In this document: piece after piece, positions 27,933 through 37,938 of the stretch | How the letters are laid out: each line of letters opens with the position of its first letter | Numbering within the stretch: position 1 is the stretch's first letter | Assembly (NCBI GenBank): GCA_043827405.1 | Contig: JBDRPD010000050.1 | Span: 128,001 to 192,000, forward strand | Origin: Elusimicrobiota bacterium | GTDB taxonomy: Bacteria > Elusimicrobiota > Elusimicrobia > UBA1565 | DNA length: 64,000 nt | Direction: 5' to 3' | Program-made: the position numbers and the translations under genes | The notes under the pieces: model-generated | What the model saw: the letters and a program-made list of their open reading frames with translations, nothing else | Databases searched by the model: none | What the model was told of the DNA's origin: nothing

Positions 27933-29012
27933 ATGACCACGAATACATTCAACCCCGACTATTGCGTGCATCCCGGAGCGACTCTGGACGAAGTGCTCGC
28001 CGAGAGAGATATTTCTCAGGCAGAATTTGCAGATCGCACTGGGCGTCCCAGAAAGTCGATAAATGAGATCATCAAAGGAAAAGCGGCTATCACACCAGAG
28101 ACAGCCCTTCAATTCGAGAAGGTCCTCGGGATTCCAGCACGTTTCTGGAATGCTCGTGAAAGCCAGTACAGGGAGTTCCTTGCGCGTAAGGATTCTGACT
28201 CCAAGTCGGTCCAGCAGATTCGGTGGGCCAAGCAATTCCCTTTTAGGGACATGATTAAGGATAGTTTGGTCCCAGCGCTTGCAGAAGCTCATCGGCAGGT
28301 TGATGCCTTGCTGGAGTACTTTGGAGTCGTGTCTCCCGAGCAGTTCGAGGTTATCTGGGGAAAGAAGCAACACGCTTATCGCAAGTCTCAGGCTTTTGAA
28401 GTTGATCACTTTTCACTTGCCGCGTGGCTCAGGAAGGGAGAGTTGGTCGCTCAGCAGATCGAATGCGCTGACTACGACCCTGATGCCTTTCACCGGGCAC
28501 TGGTGGAAGCCAGAACCCTAACGATCAAGCCGCCTGAAGTCTTTTGCCGGAAGCTCGTAGATGTTTGTCGAGCCGCAGGTGTCGCCGTCGTGTTCGCAAA
28601 AGAGTTGCCTAGAACTCGTGTGAGCGGGGCGACTCATTGGCTATCACCCAAGAAGGCTTTGCTCCAACTTAGCCTTCGCTACAAGACCGATGATCATCTC
28701 TGGTTTACCTTCTTCCACGAAGCGGGGCATATCTTGCTTCATGGGAAGAAGCAGTGCTTTCTCGAAAAGCGTGGACGCGGGACCGGGAAGCTGGAGGCGG
28801 AAGCGAATCGTTTTGGAGGGGATTTTCTTATCCCCCCCGACGAATTGAAGCGGTTCCTATCGGCGGGGGTAGTTAGTGGGGCTCGCGTGGTTGGGTTTGC
28901 AAGACGGATCGGGATTGCGCCCGGAATCGTTGTCGGCAGACTACAGCATGACAAGGTTATTCATCCCAGCCAGCTAAATACCCTAAAAGTCCGACTTAAG
29001 TGGGCGGATTAA
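27933..29012 (+). CDS. higA: HigA antitoxin fused to ImmA/IrrE metallopeptidase domain
   Basis: VHPGATL..ITPETALQ..FW; WFTFFHEAGH, EAEANRF. Confidence 0.9.
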   Translation: MTTNTFNPDYCVHPGATLDEVLAERDISQAEFADRTGRPRKSINEIIKGKAAITPETALQFEKVLGIPARFWNARESQYREFLARKDSDSKSVQQIRWAKQFPFRDMIKDSLVPALAEAHRQVDALLEYFGVVSPEQFEVIWGKKQHAYRKSQAFEVDHFSLAAWLRKGELVAQQIECADYDPDAFHRALVEARTLTIKPPEVFCRKLVDVCRAAGVAVVFAKELPRTRVSGATHWLSPKKALLQLSLRYKTDDHLWFTFFHEAGHILLHGKKQCFLEKRGRGTGKLEAEANRFGGDFLIPPDELKRFLSAGVVSGARVVGFARRIGIAPGIVVGRLQHDKVIHPSQLNTLKVRLKWAD

Positions 29013-29100
29013 GTGTCTGACGAGGAGCCGTCTGACCAATTACCTGCGACACAGTCCTTTGGACGCCAAGTCGGAGTTGGCACCATTCTAAGGGTAACTA

Positions 29101-30150
29101 GTGCGCCCCAGGTTTTACATTATGTTCGATGAACTTCAGCGACGCATAAAGAAGCTCGATCAAGAGAAGATTGCCATCCCGGTTGAACTGGATGCAGAGG
29201 GCTTTCTTGATCGAGAGTGCCCCTCAGATCGCTGTCGCTTTCAATTTAAGGTGCTGAATGAGGACTGGAAGAATATCTGCAAGGATGAGGCCATCTATTG
29301 TCCTCTTTGTGGTCATGCCGATCCTTCAAATGCCTGGATGACCCAACAACAATTGGACAATGTTCGGAGTCAGGGGACAGCCTACATTTCAGGCGTCATT
29401 GGAGATGCACTCAAGACTGACGCGAAGAAGTTTAATAGACGCCAGCCCAAGGGTGGTTTCTTTCGGATGTCACTTCATGCAAAGGGATTTCACACAGGAC
29501 ATATTATTGTTCCCGTCCCTGCTGGCGAGACGTTTGTTTTAAAGATCGCTTGTGAAAAATGCACTTGTCGCTTCGGGGTGGTCGGGAGTGCGTTTTTCTG
29601 TCCAGCTTGTGGGTACACGTCGGTTGAGCGCCTTTTTGATGACGCAATCGGCAAGGTGTACACGAAGCTCGATGCCATCCCGCGCATTCGAGAGATGTTG
29701 GAGCAAGATGTGGGTCGTGATCAAGCCGAGGTGACTTGTCGTTCTATTATTGAATCCTGCCTGTCCGATTGTGTCGGAGCGTTCCAGAGGCTCGCCGAGA
29801 CCATTTTCGATCGACGTGACAGTGCGGAGAAGCCTCGACGAAATGCCTTTCAGAACCTCACCGAGGGCAGTAACTTATGGAAGGCGGAATTTGGATGCGG
29901 CTACGATCGGTGGCTAACATCCGATGATTTGGCGGAACTCAATCGATTCTTTCAACAACGGCACCTGCTGGCTCATCGAGAGGGGTTGGTCGATGAGGAC
30001 TATGTTGCGAAGTCTGGAGATGATTCCTATACAGCCGGACAGCGGTTGGTTATTAAGGCCGCCGATGTGAGACGCTTGGCAGAACTGGTTGCAAAGCTCG
30101 GGAATGGTCTGAAAACCTCGCCTGATCAGTCCGCTACCGAGGAGACTTAG
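29101..30150 (+). CDS. Zinc-finger plus HEPN-like protein
   Basis: Multiple CxxC; AFQNL..QRHLLAHREG (Rx4H). Confidence 0.7.
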   Translation: MRPRFYIMFDELQRRIKKLDQEKIAIPVELDAEGFLDRECPSDRCRFQFKVLNEDWKNICKDEAIYCPLCGHADPSNAWMTQQQLDNVRSQGTAYISGVIGDALKTDAKKFNRRQPKGGFFRMSLHAKGFHTGHIIVPVPAGETFVLKIACEKCTCRFGVVGSAFFCPACGYTSVERLFDDAIGKVYTKLDAIPRIREMLEQDVGRDQAEVTCRSIIESCLSDCVGAFQRLAETIFDRRDSAEKPRRNAFQNLTEGSNLWKAEFGCGYDRWLTSDDLAELNRFFQQRHLLAHREGLVDEDYVAKSGDDSYTAGQRLVIKAADVRRLAELVAKLGNGLKTSPDQSATEET

Positions 30151-30333
30151 CCGCCACCCGCTTCCCTTCAATTCGGTCCGCTCCTTTTTGTTTGCACCAA
30201 TCTAGCCAGCACCTGCTGATCTGCCGGGTCCAGTGCATCATGGCCTGGATCGGGCAATGATGATTGTTAAGGCCAAAACAGCCCATCCCTGTCACCCCGG
30301 ACAAAGGGGGATGGACGGTCATCAGCGCGTGGG

Positions 30334-31026
30334 TTACGGTGCCTTTGGGTGACTCAGAACAAACCCCGCCTCGGCTACATAACGGTTGTGGAGCCACGCG
30401 AACAGGTCGAGAAGGGGCGGAGTGTGGCGGAGACACTTCCAGGACATTTGGTGGCCGATAGCCCACTTGTTGCCCCCATGGAGGCATTTATTCCGGGCGG
30501 TGTTGGCCTTCAAGTAGAAGTCCAGAGCCTCCTGGATTGTTGGGTTGGGCTTCCGATCCACTTCGGCACCCGCCTCCGCAATGGCGTCCTTCCATGTCTT
30601 GCCCGCCAGGGCCGGAAACAGCTTTTCCACGCGCCGCCGGGGGAATAGGTTGTCCTTGAGGAGGCGTTCCTGAACGTTAGCCTTGAGGCCCTCCTTGAAC
30701 ATGAACTCACGGAGGAAGTCTTCAAGGAGCACCTCTAAAAGAGTACAGAAGAAGATGACGACCGCTAGGTGATGCCCCTTGACCGCCAAGTGGTCGTCGG
30801 TCTGGGACGAATCGGCATGATAGAACTCCTGGATGAGGTTGATCGTGCTGAGGATGCCGACATGGAAGAACATGCGCCCGCCGTCACTGGGCTTTTTGCA
30901 GTTCGGGCAGGGGAACCCGATCAGCGTCCAGTCTCCCTCGCGGCCAACATAACCACATGATTGGCACTCGTTGTGGCCAGCGATGACGGAGCTTAAGTGC
31001 TGGCCCTTTATCTTCGTGATGTCCAT
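30334..31026 (-). CDS. Zinc-finger plus HEPN-like protein
   Basis: CQSC/CPNC; LEVLLE; RNKCLHG (Rx4H). Confidence 0.7.
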   Translation of the reverse strand: MDITKIKGQHLSSVIAGHNECQSCGYVGREGDWTLIGFPCPNCKKPSDGGRMFFHVGILSTINLIQEFYHADSSQTDDHLAVKGHHLAVVIFFCTLLEVLLEDFLREFMFKEGLKANVQERLLKDNLFPRRRVEKLFPALAGKTWKDAIAEAGAEVDRKPNPTIQEALDFYLKANTARNKCLHGGNKWAIGHQMSWKCLRHTPPLLDLFAWLHNRYVAEAGFVLSHPKAP

Positions 31027-31028
31027 CG

Positions 31029-31757
31029 CTATGCCCGATCAAGCGCTGAGGACATCTCCAGGAGTCGCATCAAGAGACTCGCTAGGCAAAGGTATTCGAC
31101 CGCCTTGGCCGGGTCCTTCTGGACAATGTTCTCATGAGCTTTTCGGTTTCTAATGCCCACAATCCCCTTGAATAAGAAATAGATACCTCGATGCTCATTG
31201 ATTTCTTCTCCCGTGTCGAGGGGATTAAATCTAATGGGGGGAGTCCTTTTGTCGCAACCCATCGCATGATCAATCATGCTGGCCCCGCCGTCGCGGAGCG
31301 GCTCCCCCTTCGTCTCCAGAATGGCTTTGACTTCCGCGATCACGCGCTTGAGCGCCTCCTCAATCGCCTGGGCATAATGTCCATCCAGGAGTAGGTTCCC
31401 CGAGACCGCATCGATGGCGGGGTGGAGCGAATACCCCTGGAGTGGATTCGGGTTGATTAGGCCACTCGTAGCGGGTTCCGCTGACTCGTGTTCTTCAATA
31501 ATGGCCGCCAGCGCCGTCCGCTTGGATTCAAGCTCTTTGAGAAAGAGTCGGTAATGCTCCGCATCGGTGCGCGCCCATTGCCCAGGTCCTGAGCCCTGGA
31601 ATACAGAAACAACACTGCCGTCGAATGTCCCGATGAGGAGCTTGGTGACAGTTGACAACCAGAGCATATATTCAGGATGAAAGGCCGGAGGGTGCTTCAG
31701 CTTCTCAACCCCAGCGAGCTTTGTCTTCAGTAGCCTGATGCACTCATTGATTTCCAT
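31029..31757 (-). CDS. TIGR02391/Ymh HEPN-like protein
   Basis: LHPAI..GHYAQAIEEA..GIRNRKAH..YLCLASLL. Confidence 0.85.
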   Translation of the reverse strand: MEINECIRLLKTKLAGVEKLKHPPAFHPEYMLWLSTVTKLLIGTFDGSVVSVFQGSGPGQWARTDAEHYRLFLKELESKRTALAAIIEEHESAEPATSGLINPNPLQGYSLHPAIDAVSGNLLLDGHYAQAIEEALKRVIAEVKAILETKGEPLRDGGASMIDHAMGCDKRTPPIRFNPLDTGEEINEHRGIYFLFKGIVGIRNRKAHENIVQKDPAKAVEYLCLASLLMRLLEMSSALDRA

Positions 31758-31771
31758 AATGCCTCTTGCCC

Positions 31772-32539
31772 TTACTGGATGTCTTTAATCCGACGCCAGT
31801 GGAAACCCCGCGCCTCGACGAACCTCTCGATCAGGTTGTAGATGGCCATGTTCACCACTCGGGTGAGGTCGGAGAGCTTGTCGGCGATCTCCTCCTTGGT
31901 GCCCAGTTCGGTCAGGGTCTCGAAGCACCCCTGGACAGCGGCATCGGCGAAGAAGAACCGCGTGTCCTGCATCGCCTTGCCCCTCGAAATAAATGCATCG
32001 TCCCTGCCGGGCACTGAGGCATCCTCAAAGAAGCGTCGATAGCCCCTGTTGATGTATTTGAGGTCGCTGTAGTGGTTCGAGACCTTGTTGCGGACCCGCA
32101 GGAGGGCCTGCATTAGCGGTGACTTGGGGCCGCTTGCCTTGCTGTTGGAGAAGTCAACGAGCGCGTTCCAATGCTCGCGGTTGTCCTTCTTCATCAATCT
32201 GACGGCTTCCTTGAAGACAGAGTGATCTTGGACCTTTGGGTGCTTCGCGATCAGTTCAGCAATCTCCGAGAAGCAGGAATACAGGAGCTTTACCACATGG
32301 AAGTGCTTCCCTCCAATATCTCCCGACCTCGATGTTGGACCAACAGGAACGTGATCCCGGCAGGTCTTCAACATGGCGTAAGCCCAGAGACGGTCAGATA
32401 GATCGTTGAAGGCTATCGCCAAGGCCAAGACGAAGGTGCAGGCGTCCTGCTCGTCCGGGTCCTCGGACTTGAAGGCTTCGGGGTCGAAGGTCTCCAGGGG
32501 GGCTAGGTCGCAGAGGCCGTCAATATCCATAACGTCCAC
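31772..32539 (-). CDS. HEPN-like protein
   Basis: RVRNKVSNHY (Rx5H), all-helical character. Confidence 0.65.
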   Translation of the reverse strand: MDVMDIDGLCDLAPLETFDPEAFKSEDPDEQDACTFVLALAIAFNDLSDRLWAYAMLKTCRDHVPVGPTSRSGDIGGKHFHVVKLLYSCFSEIAELIAKHPKVQDHSVFKEAVRLMKKDNREHWNALVDFSNSKASGPKSPLMQALLRVRNKVSNHYSDLKYINRGYRRFFEDASVPGRDDAFISRGKAMQDTRFFFADAAVQGCFETLTELGTKEEIADKLSDLTRVVNMAIYNLIERFVEARGFHWRRIKDIQ

Positions 32540-32615
32540 ATTGTAGCCCTCCTCGGCGGCCTTTACTACAGGGCTTAGCCTGATTGCCCGCCGTGAGATG
32601 TGTTTCTGGCGAGCA

Positions 32616-33557
32616 TTAGGGCCTCTCAGATGATGGTAGAAGTTCCCTACCGATCAGGCATCTTCGGCATTGCAGTCTTAGTGGGGGGGGGTGAAACGCT
32701 GGTTCCTGGAAGGGGTTGGTCGGATGGTAAAAAAGGTCTAGTCCGGGAGGACAACGCCCCGTGCTCATATAGGCTCTTACAAATCGCCCTCGTTGATTCA
32801 GGGAGGTCACCCAAACTTTGCGACCACGGCGGTTAAGATAGTAGCGGCCACCACCATCTGGCGCAGAGATTTCAATGGAGACCTTATTGGTGGGCGAAGA
32901 AAGCTCTCCTTCTAGGATAGCTGTGAACTCGCCCCGTTCATCCGTTGTCTGCGAGACGAAACAAGCATCCTGCTTCTTTTCATTGGTTTCATGGCAAGGG
33001 TAGGTGTGAATAGAGACTCGGGTATTGCTTCTTCCTGCGTGTCCGCGTTGGGACCAGTTCTGGTAATCGTCTTTGTGTGGCCAACAGGATGTAATCCCAG
33101 TGAATCGAAATCGAGTGTCAATGTGGGTCCGAAATGGGGCCGTAAGCAAATCATATGGGACCGTAAGAACAGGGCCGATTACTCTTGCGAGATAGGATAC
33201 GGGCACGATTACGAAAACCCATCCTCCAGCATAAGCCAAACCTTCGCCATGGAGTTTCGTCGCCTTGTAGAGCTTCTTGGTGGCGCCAAAGTTTAAGCGG
33301 TTGATCCGCCGCTTGGATTTGATTACCTCGACAAAAGGTTGTTCGGGATAAGATCGTAGCTTGATAGCGCTTGCAGGCGTTGTGGCGGCAATAAGCATGA
33401 GAGATGCCGCAAGGAGAAGGTGTGGCTTGGATGAGCGTGTGGCCTGCATCAAAGGAAGCGTATCAATTATTATGCCAGGAGACTCGGTGACGCCTTGAGA
33501 ATGGCCAGCCTCGGACTTTTCTGGGACTTTCGCGCAACTTAGGGCAACTTCAGGCAA
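32616..33557 (-). CDS. Hypothetical exported/membrane protein
   Basis: Signal-like LLLAASLMLIAATTPASA plus hydrophobic segment; true start probably ~33450. Confidence 0.5.
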   Translation of the reverse strand: MPEVALSCAKVPEKSEAGHSQGVTESPGIIIDTLPLMQATRSSKPHLLLAASLMLIAATTPASAIKLRSYPEQPFVEVIKSKRRINRLNFGATKKLYKATKLHGEGLAYAGGWVFVIVPVSYLARVIGPVLTVPYDLLTAPFRTHIDTRFRFTGITSCWPHKDDYQNWSQRGHAGRSNTRVSIHTYPCHETNEKKQDACFVSQTTDERGEFTAILEGELSSPTNKVSIEISAPDGGGRYYLNRRGRKVWVTSLNQRGRFVRAYMSTGRCPPGLDLFYHPTNPFQEPAFHPPPLRLQCRRCLIGRELLPSSERP

Positions 33558-33664
33558 GCTAGAGCAACGTTGGCGGGCTACTTCTCCGACGGGGAATCAT
33601 TCTCTCGACGTGGGCGGGGTGGGTGCCTCTCGCTTTTCAGGGTTGTTCAGCCTATACGTGCGCC

Positions 33665-35110
33665 TTAGTCTGCCTGTTTGTCTCGCTCATCACACTCCCA
33701 AGAGGATTTCGTGCTTCTCCAAATATCCTTTCCTCTTGTCCAGTTGGGGTATCGGTAAGCATAGAGTGCTCCATTATTCTCGTTCCAGATAAAGACATCC
33801 TGGCCATCCGAGAGCACGGGCTGGGCAGGAAGGTCCGGCCTTACGAACTGACCTGACTTGATGTCGATGTAGTGGAATGTCCCCGATCTTGCATCCTCAG
33901 GGAAGAACATCGCGTCGGCTGATGGCAGGATTCCCATAATGCGCCGCGCTTTGCCTGAATACCCCACGAAGACTAGAGTGCCGTCGTTGTCTGTGCGGTG
34001 AAGGGCAGGATTGGCCGCGATAGGCAAGGCTGTTCCCTTCTCTGGATGTATGGCAACATAGCGGTCCCTTCTGGGGTATCTCGCGGGGGCGATGTCTTCA
34101 ACCGGAAATCGGCTTTGGCCAATGATGAGTGCGTCCGGAGTGACAAGAATATCGCCGACCTCCGAAGCTCTATACCGTATCTTGGCAGGGGTCCAGGGAA
34201 TATAGGGAACGAGGTTGAAGGTCCACTCTGTTTCCCCTGAAACGGCGTTGACCGCCGTCACTGTATTCGTTGAAACCAGATACGCCAGCGTCCCATCATT
34301 ATTGGCGGCCACATGGCTCTGGCTAAATTCTCGCTCCAGCTTGCCATTGCGGTCCAACATGTAGACTTCCCCATCTTGCCTAAAAAAGAGAAATTGCCCG
34401 ATTTCTTCGGGATACTGAATTGGTCCTTTGCCCCACTCATTCGCATAGGACCACTTGGTATCTCCAGTCCTGGCGTCAATAAATGAAATCTTCCGCTCGT
34501 CAACGCTGTAAATCCCATGTTTGCCAGCGACCGCTCTGGAGTAAGAGAAGGTCGCCCTTGCGAGGATATGCAAGGTGCTCGTAGAAAGAAAGGTCCACTT
34601 AGTCTGCGCCTCCTCCTCGGTGACAGAGGGGCATAATCCTCGGCACTCTGCTCGTTCTATTGGTTGCGCGACGACATAATCGTCACCGGAGTGTATGTCC
34701 TGGTTATATCCCGACCACTCAAAGTCCCAAGACCACTTAACTGGAGTTGACCACAGCATGTCTCTATGCGGATTGAATCCAACAGCCCGAAGCTCCTCGT
34801 CGCCGTGTCGCAACGATGATCGGTGGAGCAGGAACGCAATAGCGAGGTCTGGATGTTTGACGACCAAATCGCTTTGCTCATCTGCCTGCATGTGAGTTTC
34901 GATGACGCGCCGACATTGCCCGGTCTCACGGTCCAGCATGGTGAGTTTTGTGCCATGTAGCACAATCAGGAAGTCTTTTGAGACAGCCCAACGGAATGAC
35001 CCATATTCGGTCCAGCCATGCTGGACGGTGCAAAGGCAGACCAGAATCCCGACAACAAGAGCCGGAATTATCCGCCGTCGGCCACCGACCGATGTCAACG
35101 TTTGTTTCAT
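33665..35110 (-). CDS. PQQ/BamB-like beta-propeller protein
   Basis: IDARTGDTKWSY, VNAVSGETEWTF repeats; N-terminal signal. Confidence 0.7.
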   Translation of the reverse strand: MKQTLTSVGGRRRIIPALVVGILVCLCTVQHGWTEYGSFRWAVSKDFLIVLHGTKLTMLDRETGQCRRVIETHMQADEQSDLVVKHPDLAIAFLLHRSSLRHGDEELRAVGFNPHRDMLWSTPVKWSWDFEWSGYNQDIHSGDDYVVAQPIERAECRGLCPSVTEEEAQTKWTFLSTSTLHILARATFSYSRAVAGKHGIYSVDERKISFIDARTGDTKWSYANEWGKGPIQYPEEIGQFLFFRQDGEVYMLDRNGKLEREFSQSHVAANNDGTLAYLVSTNTVTAVNAVSGETEWTFNLVPYIPWTPAKIRYRASEVGDILVTPDALIIGQSRFPVEDIAPARYPRRDRYVAIHPEKGTALPIAANPALHRTDNDGTLVFVGYSGKARRIMGILPSADAMFFPEDARSGTFHYIDIKSGQFVRPDLPAQPVLSDGQDVFIWNENNGALYAYRYPNWTRGKDIWRSTKSSWECDERDKQAD

Positions 35111-35112
35111 TA

Positions 35113-35967
35113 CTACTCCCCCATCAGCATGTGCTCAATCAGAAACTTCGCATCGTCGTAGACCTTTGGCGCATATCTGTATTGCTCGGATGGCGTTGGT
35201 CGCACATCAGGGGCGGGGACAACTGACTTGGCCCGTAAATCAGCATGAAATGCGTATGCGCGGGCATAGGCCCTCCCGGTCAGGTCGCTTCCATGATGGG
35301 CGACCTCAACGTGATAGGTCGCTCCATCTTCATATTCCGCCGTCCACTCCAGTCGGTCGGGGAACCCTTTGCTACGAAATGCTTTGACAGCACCGCCGAG
35401 TAATTCTTCGACGGTTCTCTTTCCTCGCGGTGGTTTATATGCCTTCACCAACTCGATGGCTTCTTCCTCGCGGCCCTTCAACTTGCGCTCGCTAATCTTA
35501 GAAGCTGTAATGGGTGCCGATTGATTTTGCCTATGCGCTTTGGGATGTAAGGCAGGAGGGGGCGGAGAACCAGTGGACTCCAACTTCGGGATGGTCAACA
35601 GAACTGCGACAAGACACATGACGATTACCACCCCAAGCAAGAAAATCTTGACCTTCTCGCCCTTGCTCAACGGTTTCAGTTCCAGACCGATCCTCTCGGC
35701 TACCCACCCCCACAAATCTCCCCAAATTCCGCCCTGGTCAGTCTCGACCAATTTTAGCTTGCATTTCCGACAACGGCCCTGCCCATCTTCCAACTCCTCG
35801 ACCTTTCCGCCGCACTCTGGACAATGCCCGGAATTATTATCCTGCATGGCCCCGATATTGGACTTGGATTCCCGATTTTTGCGGCCACGAGATAAAAGGT
35901 GCGTCCCGCACTGGCGGCAAAACTTGTCGTCATCGAGGACTTCACCCCCGCATTTTGGGCAATTCAA
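35113..35967 (-). CDS. Zinc-ribbon membrane protein
   Basis: CPKCG..FCRQCG, CPECG..CRKC, single TM. Confidence 0.75.
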   Translation of the reverse strand: MNCPKCGGEVLDDDKFCRQCGTHLLSRGRKNRESKSNIGAMQDNNSGHCPECGGKVEELEDGQGRCRKCKLKLVETDQGGIWGDLWGWVAERIGLELKPLSKGEKVKIFLLGVVIVMCLVAVLLTIPKLESTGSPPPPALHPKAHRQNQSAPITASKISERKLKGREEEAIELVKAYKPPRGKRTVEELLGGAVKAFRSKGFPDRLEWTAEYEDGATYHVEVAHHGSDLTGRAYARAYAFHADLRAKSVVPAPDVRPTPSEQYRYAPKVYDDAKFLIEHMLMGE

Positions 35968-36049
35968 TTCCTATCCTCCTGCGACGCACTTCTATCCGAG
36001 GAACGAGAAGGGGCGTCCGTCTCGCTTGTCGGGGTTATTCGATCCTCTA

Positions 36050-36553
36050 TCAGCGACGCTTGCCCCGCCGCTTTTTCTTCTTTGCCGCCCGGCCCACAGG
36101 GGAGCCGTTCGCCGTGCCGATCACCTGAAGGCGCTCTCTGGCTTCGCGCTTTCCGAGCTTGCGGATCGCAACCAAAGCGGCGCGGGCCGCTTCTCGGGGC
36201 TTGGCCTTGCCGCCTTCCCAAACAAGGACCGATTGTCCGCTAACCCGTAGGAGCTTCCCGAAGTTCTCCCGTGACAGTCCGAGCCGCTTTCGCTGGGCCC
36301 TAATCACCCGGGGACTGATCCTCGCGTGCTTCATCTCATCTTCGGTCGCCTTGGGCGGGGCCTTGAGCTTCTCATTGAGGTCGGTCATCAGCCTCTGATT
36401 ATCATGTCGAAGCTGTGCGATCTGGCGTCGATGCGCGGCGGCCTGGTGTTTAAGCCACGCCACGTCTTTCTTGAGCGCGGCATTGATCGGGTGTATTGCT
36501 CGACGAGCTAGGCGGGTGATCTCGGACTTTAGGATTGTGCTCAGATCAGGCAT
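36050..36553 (-). CDS. Coiled-coil plus XRE HTH protein (copy 2)
   Basis: Close paralog of 26684-27214. Confidence 0.85.
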   Translation of the reverse strand: MPDLSTILKSEITRLARRAIHPINAALKKDVAWLKHQAAAHRRQIAQLRHDNQRLMTDLNEKLKAPPKATEDEMKHARISPRVIRAQRKRLGLSRENFGKLLRVSGQSVLVWEGGKAKPREAARAALVAIRKLGKREARERLQVIGTANGSPVGRAAKKKKRRGKRR

Positions 36554-36653
36554 GGTCTCCTCCAGAGAGTCTGCATCGGAAAGATTCTATAATTTGCGAG
36601 TCCCCGCATTTCGCAAGCACGATATAAACGGGAACTCTTTTTAATTCGGAGGG

Positions 36654-37145
36654 TTGGCAGTGCGAGCACTACGTTTGAGGCCGAGATTGGTTCCGGAACC
36701 TCTATGGGGGAAGGGCCTCCGAAAACATCTTGGAGAGTACCGCTGGTCGTCAAAAGTGTCGAAGCCCATCCGCGAAGCCGCCAAGTGGCGGTGTGAAATC
36801 TGTCGCAGTTCAGGCAACGACAGTCCCCTAAACTGGAAGGTGTGTTGCGACGAAGACTGGAAATACAACGACAAGGCCCATACTGCGAAATTGGTCGGCC
36901 TCCAGTGCGTATGCTGGAAGTGCAGTGGTGTCATCCACTTTGGGCGAACCGCTTGCTGGTCCACCCCAGAGCAACTAGCCGAACTTAAAGCTCACGCCCT
37001 AAAGATCAATAAGATAACCGAGGACGCCTGGACGCGAATACTCGCCAAAGAACTGGCCGCATGGGAAAAGCGCTCGAAGTATAAGAAGTGGATAATCTCC
37101 TGGGAGGGCTGGGAGAAAATACTTCGGAAAAAGATTGGTCTGTGA
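36654..37145 (+). CDS. HNH-like zinc-binding protein
   Basis: LVPEPLW..RCEIC..EDWKY..CWKC..H. Confidence 0.65.
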   Translation: MAVRALRLRPRLVPEPLWGKGLRKHLGEYRWSSKVSKPIREAAKWRCEICRSSGNDSPLNWKVCCDEDWKYNDKAHTAKLVGLQCVCWKCSGVIHFGRTACWSTPEQLAELKAHALKINKITEDAWTRILAKELAAWEKRSKYKKWIISWEGWEKILRKKIGL

Positions 37146-37148
37146 TGT

Positions 37149-37796
37149 CTATGGCTGGCCCACAAAAACAGTCGCCATCCCTCGGAACATCTGCCCCACC
37201 TGTCTCGCGGAATATTCTTTCTTGACTTCGTCAATCCATTCATGCAAAACGCCGGATGGCATCATCGCCTTGCGAAAGTCATGCTGAGAAAATTGTCCCA
37301 TCAAGCCCTCCCAGGACGTAAAGTCCGGCTTGAACGGTTTCGAGTAGACGGCGATGCTTCGACGATCACATTCAACGCGGTGATACCCCCGGAGGCCCTT
37401 TGGCAAGACAGAAACAGGCAGGAAGTGTGTGCCTCCCAAAAGATGCGGACAGGCTCCGCCAAGCGCCCTGAGCGTATTGAACAATGGGAACACATAGTGC
37501 ACGGCATGGGGGTGGAGGTTGCTCAAGCGTCGGAGGGCTCGATATTGATGGCCGCCTATTCGGAATCGGTAAGGGAATGTATCACGCGGCGTGGGGCTTG
37601 GAGACTTAAACTGAAGCATCATGTGAAATCCCGGCGCATTCCTGACGAGTCCGTCTAGTCCATTACGAAACTCCTGATCCTGCTTCATGCCGATCCAGGT
37701 CGCGTGGTGACAGCCGGGCCATCCTCGTATCTGGCCCAATAATTCCGCACAGATGTTGATCTCCAGAGTTTTTTCAGAGACTTCTTTTCTCGCCAT
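37149..37796 (-). CDS. Putative PD-(D/E)xK nuclease-like protein
   Basis: SE..E..GLD..LQFK pattern. Confidence 0.55.
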   Translation of the reverse strand: MARKEVSEKTLEINICAELLGQIRGWPGCHHATWIGMKQDQEFRNGLDGLVRNAPGFHMMLQFKSPSPTPRDTFPYRFRIGGHQYRALRRLSNLHPHAVHYVFPLFNTLRALGGACPHLLGGTHFLPVSVLPKGLRGYHRVECDRRSIAVYSKPFKPDFTSWEGLMGQFSQHDFRKAMMPSGVLHEWIDEVKKEYSARQVGQMFRGMATVFVGQP

Positions 37797-37800
37797 TATC

Positions 37801-37938
37801 CTAAATCCTCAATCCTAGATCGCCCAGCCCATGACGACCTGGGCGGTCGGCGGGGACGAGGACACGGCGCCAGATTGGGGGCGCGACACCGTCGAGCGTG
37901 ATCTTGATCTGATAGACCTTCTCGCTGGGCTTCGCCAT
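37801..37938 (-). pseudogene. pRiA4b ORF-3 family N-terminal fragment
   Basis: VYQIKITLDGVAPPIWRRVLVP, then truncated. Confidence 0.8.

Noticed and set aside
32683..32691. G9 tract as phase-variation switch
   Set aside because: Lies at the very 3' end of a hypothetical ORF, so slippage would only alter the tail
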